IMG/VR virus record: IMGVR_UViG_3300037478_000191
Location: 1-52,787 of that record
Length of the DNA: 52,787 nucleotides
Strand: one strand, 5' to 3'
From: a virus
Lineage: Duplodnaviria > Caudoviricetes
Positions within the stretch are counted from its first letter, which is position 1. Each line of letters begins with the position of its first letter. Both the position numbers and the translations under genes were made by a program. Positions 7,641 to 16,558 of this stretch are shown here, piece by piece. The notes beneath the pieces were generated by a model. It saw only the letters and a program-made list of their open reading frames with translations. It was not told the DNA's origin and made no database searches.

Positions 7641-8710
7641 TGCCTCGTTTCGAACCCGTCGATCATGATCCATTCGCGCCGCGACCGATGGCGCTGATGC
7701 CGGTAGACAATGACCCGTTCGTATCGCCGGAAGACGCGTTTGCCTACGGACAGGGCATATCACCCGAAGCGACATGGCGGAATCTGCTTCCAGCCGCCGA
7801 GCTTGGCTTGGGGCTGGCTCCCGGCTCCGGCGAAGCGATGTCAGCCCGCGATGCGTGGGATGCCTCTGGACGGGCTGGCGCGGCGCTCACAGAGGGTAAT
7901 TTCGGGGAAGCCGCCTCTGACTACCTCAACATGGGAACCGGCCTCCTCGGCGCAATCCCCGGCGCTGGCATCATCGCCAGGGGCACGAAACGCGGTGCTG
8001 CATGGATGGACCGGAATTTGCCGGAAGGGTTTAACCGGCTGCTGGACTCTGTGTATCCGCAAGGCTATGCGCCGAATGATACGGCGTATGCCATACCCGC
8101 ATGGCATGGTTCGCCGAATGACTTCAAGAAGTTTGAAGATCGCGTTGGCCAGCACACTGGCGATGTCGATCCTGCTTATGGTCATCACCTATCAGAAAAC
8201 CGAAGTGTTTCCGAGAGATATGCGACAGGACCGGCTGCGCAAGGCCGGGGCAAGATATATCAGGTTGAGATAGGCGCAGAACCAGAGCACTTTGTGAGAT
8301 TCAACGAACCCCTTGGCGCTCAAAGCCAATATGTGCAAAAAGCGTTGGCTGACGCTGGACTGACCGACCAGATGGGGGGGCTTTTTGGCGGCATGGCTAG
8401 AACTCCGGAAGGCGCTCAAAAACTAAGGGCAGCGGGGATTGCCGGTGTTTCGTACAGGCAGAACGCAATGCCTGCAAGGTCTGGATTGTCGCCTACTCAG
8501 CCAACGACAAATTACGTCGTCTTTGACCCCGAGTTGCTAAAAATTCAGAGCAAGGCAACATTGAAAGGGCAGCAGTACGGCGACTCTGCACCCAAGCTCC
8601 CGATCTCGGAAAAACCGATGACGCCAGAAGAGTTTGACCGCCGGGCATCCAAAGCTCTGTTGAAAACGCAGGACGTTCCAGACGACCAGCAGATAGTAAG
8701 GTTCAAATGA
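7640..8710 (+). CDS. Putative virion-delivered effector with ADP-ribosyltransferase (ART-PolyVal-like) domain
   Basis: N-terminal PVD[HN]DPF x2; Gly/Ala helical linker; WHGSPNDF.KF, G..LSE...S..YA, G.IY.VEI, LR.AGI.G..Y, TNYVVFD motifs. Confidence 0.7.
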   Translation: MPRFEPVDHDPFAPRPMALMPVDNDPFVSPEDAFAYGQGISPEATWRNLLPAAELGLGLAPGSGEAMSARDAWDASGRAGAALTEGNFGEAASDYLNMGTGLLGAIPGAGIIARGTKRGAAWMDRNLPEGFNRLLDSVYPQGYAPNDTAYAIPAWHGSPNDFKKFEDRVGQHTGDVDPAYGHHLSENRSVSERYATGPAAQGRGKIYQVEIGAEPEHFVRFNEPLGAQSQYVQKALADAGLTDQMGGLFGGMARTPEGAQKLRAAGIAGVSYRQNAMPARSGLSPTQPTTNYVVFDPELLKIQSKATLKGQQYGDSAPKLPISEKPMTPEEFDRRASKALLKTQDVPDDQQIVRFK

Positions 8711-8997
8711 CAGACGACCTTAACCCGAAAGACCTGACCGAAGACAATTTCGGTTTATGGCGTCGGCATCCGGCGACCAAGGCATTCATGCAATATCTGA
8801 ATGACTATGCCCAGACGCTTGCCGATGGCCACATGAACAGATGGCTCGAAGGCAAGACGGAACCGGAACTTGAGGCGGAAGCATGCGGCCGCATGCTGAC
8901 CCTGCGTGAGATCACGGCGTTGGAGTACAGTGACATCAAAAACCTCTATGGAATAGACGAGGAAGACATCGACAATGCAGGACAAATTACTGAGTAA
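8707..8997 (+). CDS. Conserved head-module protein
   Basis: F..W..HP.TK.F...L motif, a type of gene usually found just after podovirus portals. Confidence 0.7.
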   Translation: MTDDLNPKDLTEDNFGLWRRHPATKAFMQYLNDYAQTLADGHMNRWLEGKTEPELEAEACGRMLTLREITALEYSDIKNLYGIDEEDIDNAGQITE

Positions 8998-9394
8998 AAC
9001 CCGTATCGGGCAGTATGTTGAAAGTGCGTGGACTGGCCAGAATACATCCGGGATTACCCCGATCGGTGACCAGATCCTGATCCTGCCTGACAAATCAGTC
9101 GAAATGACGTTGGGCGGCATCATAATGCCGGAGTCGCTGCGTGAGACGCATAGTCTTGCCGCAGAAAGCGGCGTGATTGCAGCTATTGGCGCTGGCGCAT
9201 GGACCTGGAACACGGACAGGACGCGCAGATTCGAAGGCGTAAAGCCGGAAGTTGGCCAGCGTATCTGCTTCACCCGCTATTCGGGTATGGAGCGATTCGG
9301 CAAAGACGGCGAGATGTATCGCATCATGGAAGATAAATGCATCGGCGCGCTCGTCGATGTCGAGGAAATCAATCCTCCGGCTCAAGCCGCCTAG
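8975..9394 (+). CDS. groES: GroES/Cpn10-like co-chaperonin
   Basis: PIGDQILILP...T.GGII.PES...G.I.AIG.GA...VG....F.RYSG......YRIM.D. Confidence 0.85.
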   Translation: MQDKLLSKTRIGQYVESAWTGQNTSGITPIGDQILILPDKSVEMTLGGIIMPESLRETHSLAAESGVIAAIGAGAWTWNTDRTRRFEGVKPEVGQRICFTRYSGMERFGKDGEMYRIMEDKCIGALVDVEEINPPAQAA

Positions 9395-10440
9395 AGCGTC
9401 GGGCATAAAGCCTGAATCGGGGATTCCCTTTTTCTGCAAACAGTGATTCACCATTTTCGGAGGTGGATCATGGGCAAAGCGGTTTCATCGGATTTACGTC
9501 TTCGTATGGTGCGCGGCATTGCGGCCGGCAAGTCGCGACGGTCTGTGGCAACGCAGTTTGAAGTCTCAGCTTCGACAGCGGTGCGGGTGCAGGCCCGCTA
9601 TATCGCCACTGGTTCGGTTGCACCGTCCAAGCAGGGACGTCCCAAAGGGTCTGGCAAGCTCGGCCCGTGCCGTCAGGCCATTATCGCCAAGGTGAAGGCG
9701 CAGCCGGACATCACCATGCCGGATCTTGCCGCCTGGCTGGAGGTGGAGCACGGTGTGACGATCGATCCCTCGAACCTGTCCAAGTTCTTGTGCCGGCACG
9801 GGTTCACTTATAAAAAAAACGCTGCTGGCGTCGGAGAAAGAACGCGCCGACGTGAAGGCGGCGCGCCGTGAATGGCGTGAGCGGCGACAGCCCTTCATGC
9901 GCCGCCAGCCGGGTCGGCTCGTCTTCCTCGATGAGACGAGCGTAAAGACCAACATGACACCCTTGCGTGGGCGCAGCCTGAAGGGAGAGCGGCTCATCGC
10001 TGACGCCCCCTTTGGCAAGTGGCAGACACAAACCTTCATTGCAGGCCTGCGGTGTGATGAGCTTGTTGCTCCCTGGATCATCGAGGGGGCTATGGATGGT
10101 CCTCTTTTCGATAGCTACATCCGCACACAACTCGTGCCGGACCTCAAGCGCGGCGATGTGGTGATCCTGGACAATCTGAATGTCCACAAAAGTCCGCGTG
10201 CCGCCGAGGCCTTGGCCCAAGTTGGCGCCTGGTTCCTGTTCCTGCCGAAATACTCTCCCGATCTCAATCCAATCGAAATGGCCTTCGCCAAGCTCAAAAC
10301 TCTGCTCAGAAAGGCAAAAGCCCGCACCTATGATGCCCTCTGGCGCGCCGTCGGTAATATCTGCAACCTCTTCGAGCCCCAGGAATGTTGGAATTATCTC
10401 AAGGACACCGGTTACGTTGCTGATTAATCGCCCGACGCTC
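9394..10440 (+). mobile_element. IS630-family insertion sequence (1047 bp) with TA target duplication
   Basis: Terminal IRs GAGCGTCGGGC (9394-9404 / 10430-10440) flanked by TA at 9392-9393 and 10441-10442. Confidence 0.95.
9470..10427 (+). CDS. IS630 transposase, two ORFs joined by a frameshift at an A8 run (9812-9819)
   Basis: HTH orfA (9470-9871) plus DDE orfB (VFLDET, VILDNL, YSPDLNPIE). Confidence 0.92.
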
Positions 10441-10474
10441 TAATCGACCCCGCCTTAAATCAATCGAGGACATC

Positions 10475-11407
10475 ATGGACGAATTGAACACCGAAACGGT
10501 GAACGATGACGTGCGTCCTGACAATCAGGAACACGAGAATAACGAACCCACCGCAGCGGAGACACGCGCCCGCCGCATGGGATGGATACCGGAGGCCGAA
10601 TGGGACGACAGCGGCATGGATCGCCGCCCGCGCAAGTTCCTGTCCGCCGACGAATACAATGAGAAGGTTGAAAGCGACCTTCCGATCCTGCGGGAGCGCA
10701 ACCGTTATCTGAACGGTGCAGCGGAGAAGCTGGAAAAGCAGCTTGCCGAGGCGACCGGGACGATCAAATCGACGAATGATCGTGTAGCCGAACTCGGCGA
10801 GCTTGTCGAGTCCTTGCACGAGCAGAACATCGAAGTCGGCCGGCGGGCCTATGAGCAGGCGAAACGCGAGCTTGAGAACGTAATGGAGCGGTCTGTAGAT
10901 GAAGCTGACCGTGAAACCTTTGACGCAGCCAAACGGCGGCTCAAGGAAATAGAGCAATACAAGCCCGTCGAAAAGCCGCCGAAACAGGAAAAGAAACCTG
11001 ATCCGCAGCCGGCGCAAGACGCCGTTCCCCCAGAAGCCTTGACCTGGATCGACAAGAACCCGGACATCTGGAAAGATCGGGCAATGAACGTCACCGCATC
11101 AGCGTTTCATATGGACAACATGGCGAAGGGCATGACGCTGACAGAATCCCTTGAAAAACTGAGGGATCAGGTCAAGGCGGAATTCCCGCACAAGTTCGCG
11201 AACGAACGCCGCAACGATCCTCCGGCGGTTTCCTCGACATCGCCGCCCAAACGCGGCGGGAGCAAGGAAACATTCGAATCCATCCCGGCGGACGCCAAGC
11301 AGACCTTTGAGCGGCTGAGAAAGTTCTACGAGGCCAAGGGCAAGAAATACACGCCCGAACAGTACGCCAAATCCTATTACCTCAATCTGAAGGAGCAGCG
11401 GACATGA
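10475..11407 (+). CDS. Scaffolding protein (putative)
   Basis: Acidic N-terminus, ARRMGWIP motif, long coiled coil, C-terminal 'TPEQYAK' helix; upstream of capsid genes. Confidence 0.75.
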   Translation: MDELNTETVNDDVRPDNQEHENNEPTAAETRARRMGWIPEAEWDDSGMDRRPRKFLSADEYNEKVESDLPILRERNRYLNGAAEKLEKQLAEATGTIKSTNDRVAELGELVESLHEQNIEVGRRAYEQAKRELENVMERSVDEADRETFDAAKRRLKEIEQYKPVEKPPKQEKKPDPQPAQDAVPPEALTWIDKNPDIWKDRAMNVTASAFHMDNMAKGMTLTESLEKLRDQVKAEFPHKFANERRNDPPAVSSTSPPKRGGSKETFESIPADAKQTFERLRKFYEAKGKKYTPEQYAKSYYLNLKEQRT

Positions 11408-12018
11408 CGGCAACGCAGCCCGTGCGGCAGATACTGAATACCACCCCCGAAAATGAGGGTGACATCGAGGCATTACGCGAAGAGGCCAAGGATCTTGGCA
11501 TCAACTCGTTCGGCCTTTCCCGCAATGCCTTGCGGGCATCGATCGCGGCGGTAAAGAAGGCGCTGGAAAATCAGCCCCAGACCGTGAACGCTGCCGAATT
11601 CGATCAGGGTGAAGTCCGCGCCGACGCGCTCGGCGAGGCGCTCGGACCGAACAGCCTCAAACGCATTCCGATGGGCACGCGGGCAACCCGCCTTCCCACC
11701 GAACAGCGCCCCGGCTACTACCGGCGCTCATTCAATGACGTGCCGGGCCGCATCGAGCGCGCCCGCCGCGCCGGATACGAGCACGTAAAAGACCCGACCG
11801 GCGCACCTGTGTCAACGCCGGTTGGAACGCATGAACATGGCGGCGGCATGCGCGCCTATTTCATGGAAATCCCGCAGGAATTGCGGGAACAGGATCTGGC
11901 GCAGAAGCGCACCATCAACGACGATATCGACAAGGTTCTGAACCGCGGCAAGGTTTCCGAGACCAAGGAAGACCGCCGCTATGTTCCCGATACCGGCATC
12001 AGCATCAAGCGCCGGTAA
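11404..12018 (+). CDS. Conserved head-module protein
   Basis: RPGY.RR.FND..GRI..A..AGYE.V and MEIP.E motifs. Confidence 0.7.
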   Translation: MTATQPVRQILNTTPENEGDIEALREEAKDLGINSFGLSRNALRASIAAVKKALENQPQTVNAAEFDQGEVRADALGEALGPNSLKRIPMGTRATRLPTEQRPGYYRRSFNDVPGRIERARRAGYEHVKDPTGAPVSTPVGTHEHGGGMRAYFMEIPQELREQDLAQKRTINDDIDKVLNRGKVSETKEDRRYVPDTGISIKRR

Positions 12019-12104
12019 GACTGCCCAATCGACCGCCCCAATCGAGGCCATGACTGTTCTCGCGGGTTCGCCCCGCTTTCCCTCAACATTTGGAGTTTTC
12101 CAAA

Positions 12105-12707
12105 ATGGCTAACGCTGACATTCCGCGCGGGCTTGTCCCGGTGCGGTATCGTAGTGGCGCGCCGTACAATGGGGCGGCCAACGTCTACTACGTTCCGTCT
12201 ACTTACGGTACTGCGCTTTATATCGGTGATCCTGTTGTCACGGTTACCGATTCATCGGATGCAAACGGTGTTCAGACAGTCGCGATTGGCGCTGCTGCCG
12301 GAACCGCCGTAGGCATCCTCGGCCCGATCGTCTCGCTTGCGTTCTTCGATGGTTCGCCGGTGCTCCGCGACAGCGGGCGCTACCACGCGGCCTCGACCGC
12401 AGGGTACGTGCTCGTCGCCGACGATCCTGATCTTCTCTTTGAGATTCAGGAAGATGGCGCTGGCGGTGCGATGGGCGTCGGGGCAGTCGGGCGCAACGCC
12501 CAGCTTGTTGCCGGAACCGGAAGCGCTATCACCGGCTGGTCCGGCTGGCAGCTCGACTCTTCGGAGCTTGCCACGACGAGCACGCATCAGCTGCGCATCG
12601 TCGCACCTGTTCTTCGGGCCGACAATGATCCAACGCTTACCAAGGCCAAATGGCTGGTCAGCATCAATCACGGTCGCCATTCGTTCAACGATGCAGACGG
12701 CATCTAA
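12105..12707 (+). CDS. Capsid decoration/cement-like protein
   Basis: MAN.D.P.GL.PV start, IGDPV, V.DDP..LFEIQ; directly upstream of the MCP. Confidence 0.7.
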   Translation: MANADIPRGLVPVRYRSGAPYNGAANVYYVPSTYGTALYIGDPVVTVTDSSDANGVQTVAIGAAAGTAVGILGPIVSLAFFDGSPVLRDSGRYHAASTAGYVLVADDPDLLFEIQEDGAGGAMGVGAVGRNAQLVAGTGSAITGWSGWQLDSSELATTSTHQLRIVAPVLRADNDPTLTKAKWLVSINHGRHSFNDADGI

Positions 12708-12720
12708 GGGAGGCTGAAAC

Positions 12721-13629
12721 ATGTCTGTTATTACGCGCGCCCAGCATCCCGCCGCTGCCTGGCCGGGGATTCGGGATTGGTTCGGGATGAACTACAAGGA
12801 ATGGGAGTCCGTCTGGACGCAGATCTACGAGGACAACCCATCATCCCAGTCCTATGAAGAAAGCGTCGAAGAAGTTCCGTTCGGCATTCTGTCCACCAAG
12901 ACCGAATCCGGCGGGATCGTCTACGATACCTCGCATCAGGGCTACACCCAGCGTCACACCCACGTGACCTATGCGCTGGGCTACAAGGTAACGCTTGAGG
13001 AAATGCTTTTCAACCAGTATGAAAAGCTGTCCCTGAAGCGCGCTGGACGCCTTGCGCGCTCGGTTCGCGAAACGGAAGAAATCCTGCATGCGCGGGACTT
13101 CAACAGGGCGTTCGATTCCAACTTCACCTTTGGTGACGGAACGACGTTCCTTTCGACTTCGCACCCGACCGACGCCGGCAACCAGTCCAACCGGCTGACG
13201 AACGATGCGGATCTGTCCGAGGCTTCGATCGAGGATATGTGCATCCAGATCGACGACTCCAAGGATTCGCGCGGGCTTCGTTTCAACAACAACATTCGCC
13301 GCCTGATCATTCAGCACGCGAACCGTTTCGAAGCAACCCGCATCGTCAAATCCGTGCTCCAGAACGACACCGCAAACAATGCGGTGAACGCCATCAAGGC
13401 AGATAACATCTTCCCTGAAGGCATTCTCGTCTGGCGTTATCTCACCGATCCGGATGCATGGTTCGTCCAGACCGACTGCGAGAACGGCATGGTGCACTAT
13501 ACCGCGATGGATGCCGAATTCGACAAAGACCAGGATTTTGACAGTAAAAACGCCTGCGCAAGCGTTGTCACGATCTTCACGCATGGTTTCGATGACTGGC
13601 GCTGCATGTTCGGCACGGAAGGCGCATAG
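12721..13629 (+). CDS. Major capsid protein
   Basis: MSVITRAQ....WPG...WFG..Y, YALGY.VT.E, LA.S...T.E, GDG....S..HP, YLTDPDAWF motifs; GGAGG RBS; terminator follows. Confidence 0.88.
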   Translation: MSVITRAQHPAAAWPGIRDWFGMNYKEWESVWTQIYEDNPSSQSYEESVEEVPFGILSTKTESGGIVYDTSHQGYTQRHTHVTYALGYKVTLEEMLFNQYEKLSLKRAGRLARSVRETEEILHARDFNRAFDSNFTFGDGTTFLSTSHPTDAGNQSNRLTNDADLSEASIEDMCIQIDDSKDSRGLRFNNNIRRLIIQHANRFEATRIVKSVLQNDTANNAVNAIKADNIFPEGILVWRYLTDPDAWFVQTDCENGMVHYTAMDAEFDKDQDFDSKNACASVVTIFTHGFDDWRCMFGTEGA

Positions 13630-13653
13630 CCCCAAGCATCGAAAACCATAATT

Positions 13654-13683
13654 AAGGGCGGCTTTCGGGCCGCCTTTTCCTTT
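13654..13683 (+). terminator. Rho-independent terminator after the MCP
   Basis: GGCGGC-TTTCGG-GCCGCC followed by TTTTCCTTT. Confidence 0.8.
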
Positions 13684-13769
13684 CCCCTCACCACACCAAA
13701 ATCCCGCGCATGAGTGGAGTAACCCGCTCTGGCTGACTCCGGCTGCTCATGTGCTTACAGGAGACTACA

Positions 13770-14780
13770 ATGGGACTTACCAATTTCCCCAACGGTGTTT
13801 CGTCTTACGGCGTTCCGATTCCGCCGAATATTCCCTTCGGCGTTAATTCAAAGGTCTGGTTCTGTGCGCCTCACCGCACAGGCAGCGAGAATGGCGCTTC
13901 AGACGGCAATGCCGGGACGACGCCACGCCGAGCGGTGAAGACGCTTTCGAAAGCGTTGTCCCTAGCCCGCGAAGACAAGAACGATGTGATCTTCATGATT
14001 GCATCCGGGAACTCGGCAGCAGAAACGACTGATGACCAGACTGCAAGTCTGGCATGGAACAAGGATCTTGTCCATCTGGTCGGCGTCAACGCGGGAAGCA
14101 TGTTCTCGCAGCGCTCCCGTATCGGCACGCAGACGACGGCGCTTACTCCTCTGGTCAACGTTACGGCAAATGGCTGTCACTTCGCCAATGTTCAGGCATT
14201 CCACGGCGTCAGCGCCGACCAGACAGGATTGATCTGTTGGCAGGATAGCGGCGAACGTAACGTCTATTACAACACCCACTTTGCAGGCGGCGGCGTCTCA
14301 ACAACCGCCGATGACGCCGGAATGCGTTCGCTGAAACTGGCAGGCGGCGGGGAGCGGCGTTTCGTCAACTGCGTCATTGGACTCGATACCGTAGATCGTT
14401 CAACGACTTCAAATGCCGAGTTGGAGTTCGCCGGTTCTGTCCGGGATGTCTTTGACGACTGCGTGCTTACGACTTACGGCTCCGGCGCGCATGCGATGGT
14501 TATCGTCACGGCAACAGGTCTCGACAGATATGCGTTGATGCGGAACTGCACCTTCATCAACTCGATCCAGTCCGGGACAACTGCCTTGAACGAGGTCTTT
14601 GCATGCACGGCAGGCACTTCGCCTAATGGCGCGATACTCCTGAAAGACCCGATGGCTTACGGCTGCGGGCCTTGGGAAGCTGATGTCGAAACTGGCCGCG
14701 TGATAGTGCTTGGCCATGCATCGACAAACGGTGCCGACAATACGGATATCGGCCTCGCTGCCGCTCCTGAGTCTCCGTAA
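13770..14780 (+). CDS. Virion protein with pectin-lyase-like beta-helix
   Basis: LTNFPNGVSSYGVP N-terminus; 'SDGN.G..P..A.KTL..A' and repeated F.NC strands. Confidence 0.65.
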   Translation: MGLTNFPNGVSSYGVPIPPNIPFGVNSKVWFCAPHRTGSENGASDGNAGTTPRRAVKTLSKALSLAREDKNDVIFMIASGNSAAETTDDQTASLAWNKDLVHLVGVNAGSMFSQRSRIGTQTTALTPLVNVTANGCHFANVQAFHGVSADQTGLICWQDSGERNVYYNTHFAGGGVSTTADDAGMRSLKLAGGGERRFVNCVIGLDTVDRSTTSNAELEFAGSVRDVFDDCVLTTYGSGAHAMVIVTATGLDRYALMRNCTFINSIQSGTTALNEVFACTAGTSPNGAILLKDPMAYGCGPWEADVETGRVIVLGHASTNGADNTDIGLAAAPESP

Positions 14781-14828
14781 TTCGGAAGGTACCCCATCCT
14801 TATTTTTCCCTAACTACAGGAGGGCCAG

Positions 14829-15395
14829 ATGGCTCTTGCTTCTCGCTTGAAATACTACGAAGACGTCAACCTTGGTCGTGTCTTTCTCGGGTCGACGGCG
14901 GTCGCCGGTGTCGTGCCGCCGATTTTTAGCAACACGGCGCAAACGTTTGCGCTCTGGAACCCGCTCGGTTCCGGCAAAAACATTGTTCCGATCAAGTTGC
15001 AAGCCGGGTATGTCAGCACAACCGGTGCCGCTGGAAATCTGGCGCTTGCCTATAATGCCGCAGCAGGATCGCAAGCCGGCACGGGATCGCCAATCGCGGC
15101 GGGTACGTTTGCGGCTCCGGTAAACGCCCTTCTTGGCGGCAGCGGTGATGCGTCTGTTGCAAAGTTTGCACCGGCTACAGTTACGTTCACCGCCGCTCCA
15201 TTGTTCTTGCGCACGCTCGGCATGTCGCAGCTCGTTACCACTGCCGCCGATGCGACGACCACGCCGTGGCAGTTAGAAACGGACTTCGACGGCAGCTTGG
15301 TTCTTGCGCCGGGTTCGATCATTTGCGTTGCCGGAAATATCGCCACGCTCTCCGTCTGGAATTTCGCCATGACGTGGGCTGAGGTTGACGCTTAA
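14829..15395 (+). CDS. Virion structural protein (putative)
   Basis: LWNP.GSGKN motif, beta-rich; AGGAGG RBS. Confidence 0.65.
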   Translation: MALASRLKYYEDVNLGRVFLGSTAVAGVVPPIFSNTAQTFALWNPLGSGKNIVPIKLQAGYVSTTGAAGNLALAYNAAAGSQAGTGSPIAAGTFAAPVNALLGGSGDASVAKFAPATVTFTAAPLFLRTLGMSQLVTTAADATTTPWQLETDFDGSLVLAPGSIICVAGNIATLSVWNFAMTWAEVDA

Positions 15396-15781
15396 TGGCG
15401 ATCACCACCACCTCGCAAACACTGTATGACAACGCGCGCAATGTTGTCATGCAGTTCACCGGCATCTCCGATGGCAGCGGTCAGGAGGCCGCTGTCATCA
15501 AGGTTGATGTTTCCGAATTGTCGCCGCCATGCGACCGCGTGAGGATTTCAAAACTTACCCACGATGTTCAAGGCGGAGCGGTCACCCTCTCATGGGCGGC
15601 AGATACTCCCGTCGTCTTTGCTCAACTGAGCGGCGATAACGAGACTGACTATCGCAGGGAAGGCGGCTTGCAGAACAGCGCCGATGAAAGCCGCACCGGC
15701 GATATCCTGCTTTCGACGGAAGGCTTCGAACTGGGCTCCAGCTACACGATCAAGCTGGAAATGGTCAAGAAGTTCGATTGA
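15395..15781 (+). CDS. Virion structural protein (putative)
   Basis: SDGSG.....KVDVS.L, TGDILLST, YTI.LE..K motifs. Confidence 0.7.
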   Translation: MAITTTSQTLYDNARNVVMQFTGISDGSGQEAAVIKVDVSELSPPCDRVRISKLTHDVQGGAVTLSWAADTPVVFAQLSGDNETDYRREGGLQNSADESRTGDILLSTEGFELGSSYTIKLEMVKKFD

Positions 15782-15948
15782 TGGCAGCAGTCCGCTCCCG
15801 CCAAGGTATGAGCCAGATCGCCATCCGTGCCGTCATCACGCGCGCTGACGGCACGGTCGAAGACCTTGGCACGATTTCCTACTGGAATAAAAACCCGCTC
15901 AGGCGGCTCGCTTACCGCATTGGGAGGCTATACAAATGGCGTCACTAG
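15781..15948 (+). CDS. Small virion-module protein (55 aa; not in ORF track)
   Basis: MAAVRSRQGMSQIAIRAVITRADGTVEDLGTISYWNKNPLRRLAYRIGRLYKWRH; coupled to the upstream stop. Confidence 0.6.
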   Translation: MAAVRSRQGMSQIAIRAVITRADGTVEDLGTISYWNKNPLRRLAYRIGRLYKWRH

Positions 15949-16325
15949 TCGTAAATACCGGCCTCGCCAATGCAACGGCGGCATGGCATGCCTACGCGTC
16001 GAGGGCGCGTTATCTCGGCTGGGGCACAGGGTCCGGGCAGACCGCAACATCAACTGATCTTGCCACGGCGGCGGCTGAGGCTCGCACCGCGGGCACGACA
16101 AGTCAACAGACGACAACGACGACCTCGGATACCTACAGAATTACGGGCACCATCACTGCGACCGGCGCGCGGGCAATTACCGAAGTTGGCGTGTTCGATG
16201 GGGCAGGAACCGGCAGCCCTCCGTCAGGGGATTCACTTGCAATATATGGGGATTTCTCCGTAATAAACTTAGCTTCTGGAGATAGCATCCAATTTCAAGT
16301 GGACGTAGTGCTCGATCAGGCATGA
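15936..16325 (+). CDS. Virion structural protein (tail-collar-like beta domain)
   Basis: VVNTG...YLGWGTG...ITEVGVFD...FSVINL.SGDSIQF. Confidence 0.7.
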   Translation: MASLVVNTGLANATAAWHAYASRARYLGWGTGSGQTATSTDLATAAAEARTAGTTSQQTTTTTSDTYRITGTITATGARAITEVGVFDGAGTGSPPSGDSLAIYGDFSVINLASGDSIQFQVDVVLDQA

Positions 16326-16558
16326 TCGGTGGATTTATTGGAAAAAGCATCGGCGAGCCTATTCGCCGAACTGCCCTGCAGATCGTGACGACATCCATTA
16401 CACCGGATGTGGCCGTTTCACGTGCAATTTCGATTACCATCACGGCGGCGCTGATGTCTCTCTCGGCCGTTATTTCAACTCTACGCCGTCATCCTGGGAA
16501 ACCTTTGCTGTTCAGGAATTCAGGCGGCAAACGCGGCTACTGGCGAGGCTCAAGATAA
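16322..16558 (+). CDS. Hypothetical protein
   Basis: Coupled ORF filling the gap in the late operon. Confidence 0.5.
   Translation: MIGGFIGKSIGEPIRRTALQIVTTSITPDVAVSRAISITITAALMSLSAVISTLRRHPGKPLLFRNSGGKRGYWRGSR

Noticed and set aside
5355-7775. Long - strand ORFs (293 aa, 410 aa) opposite the portal
   Set aside because: Antisense shadows of a GC-rich gene; no motifs
8707-8997. Immunity protein for the ART-like gene
   Set aside because: Looks like the conserved small head gene that normally follows these portals
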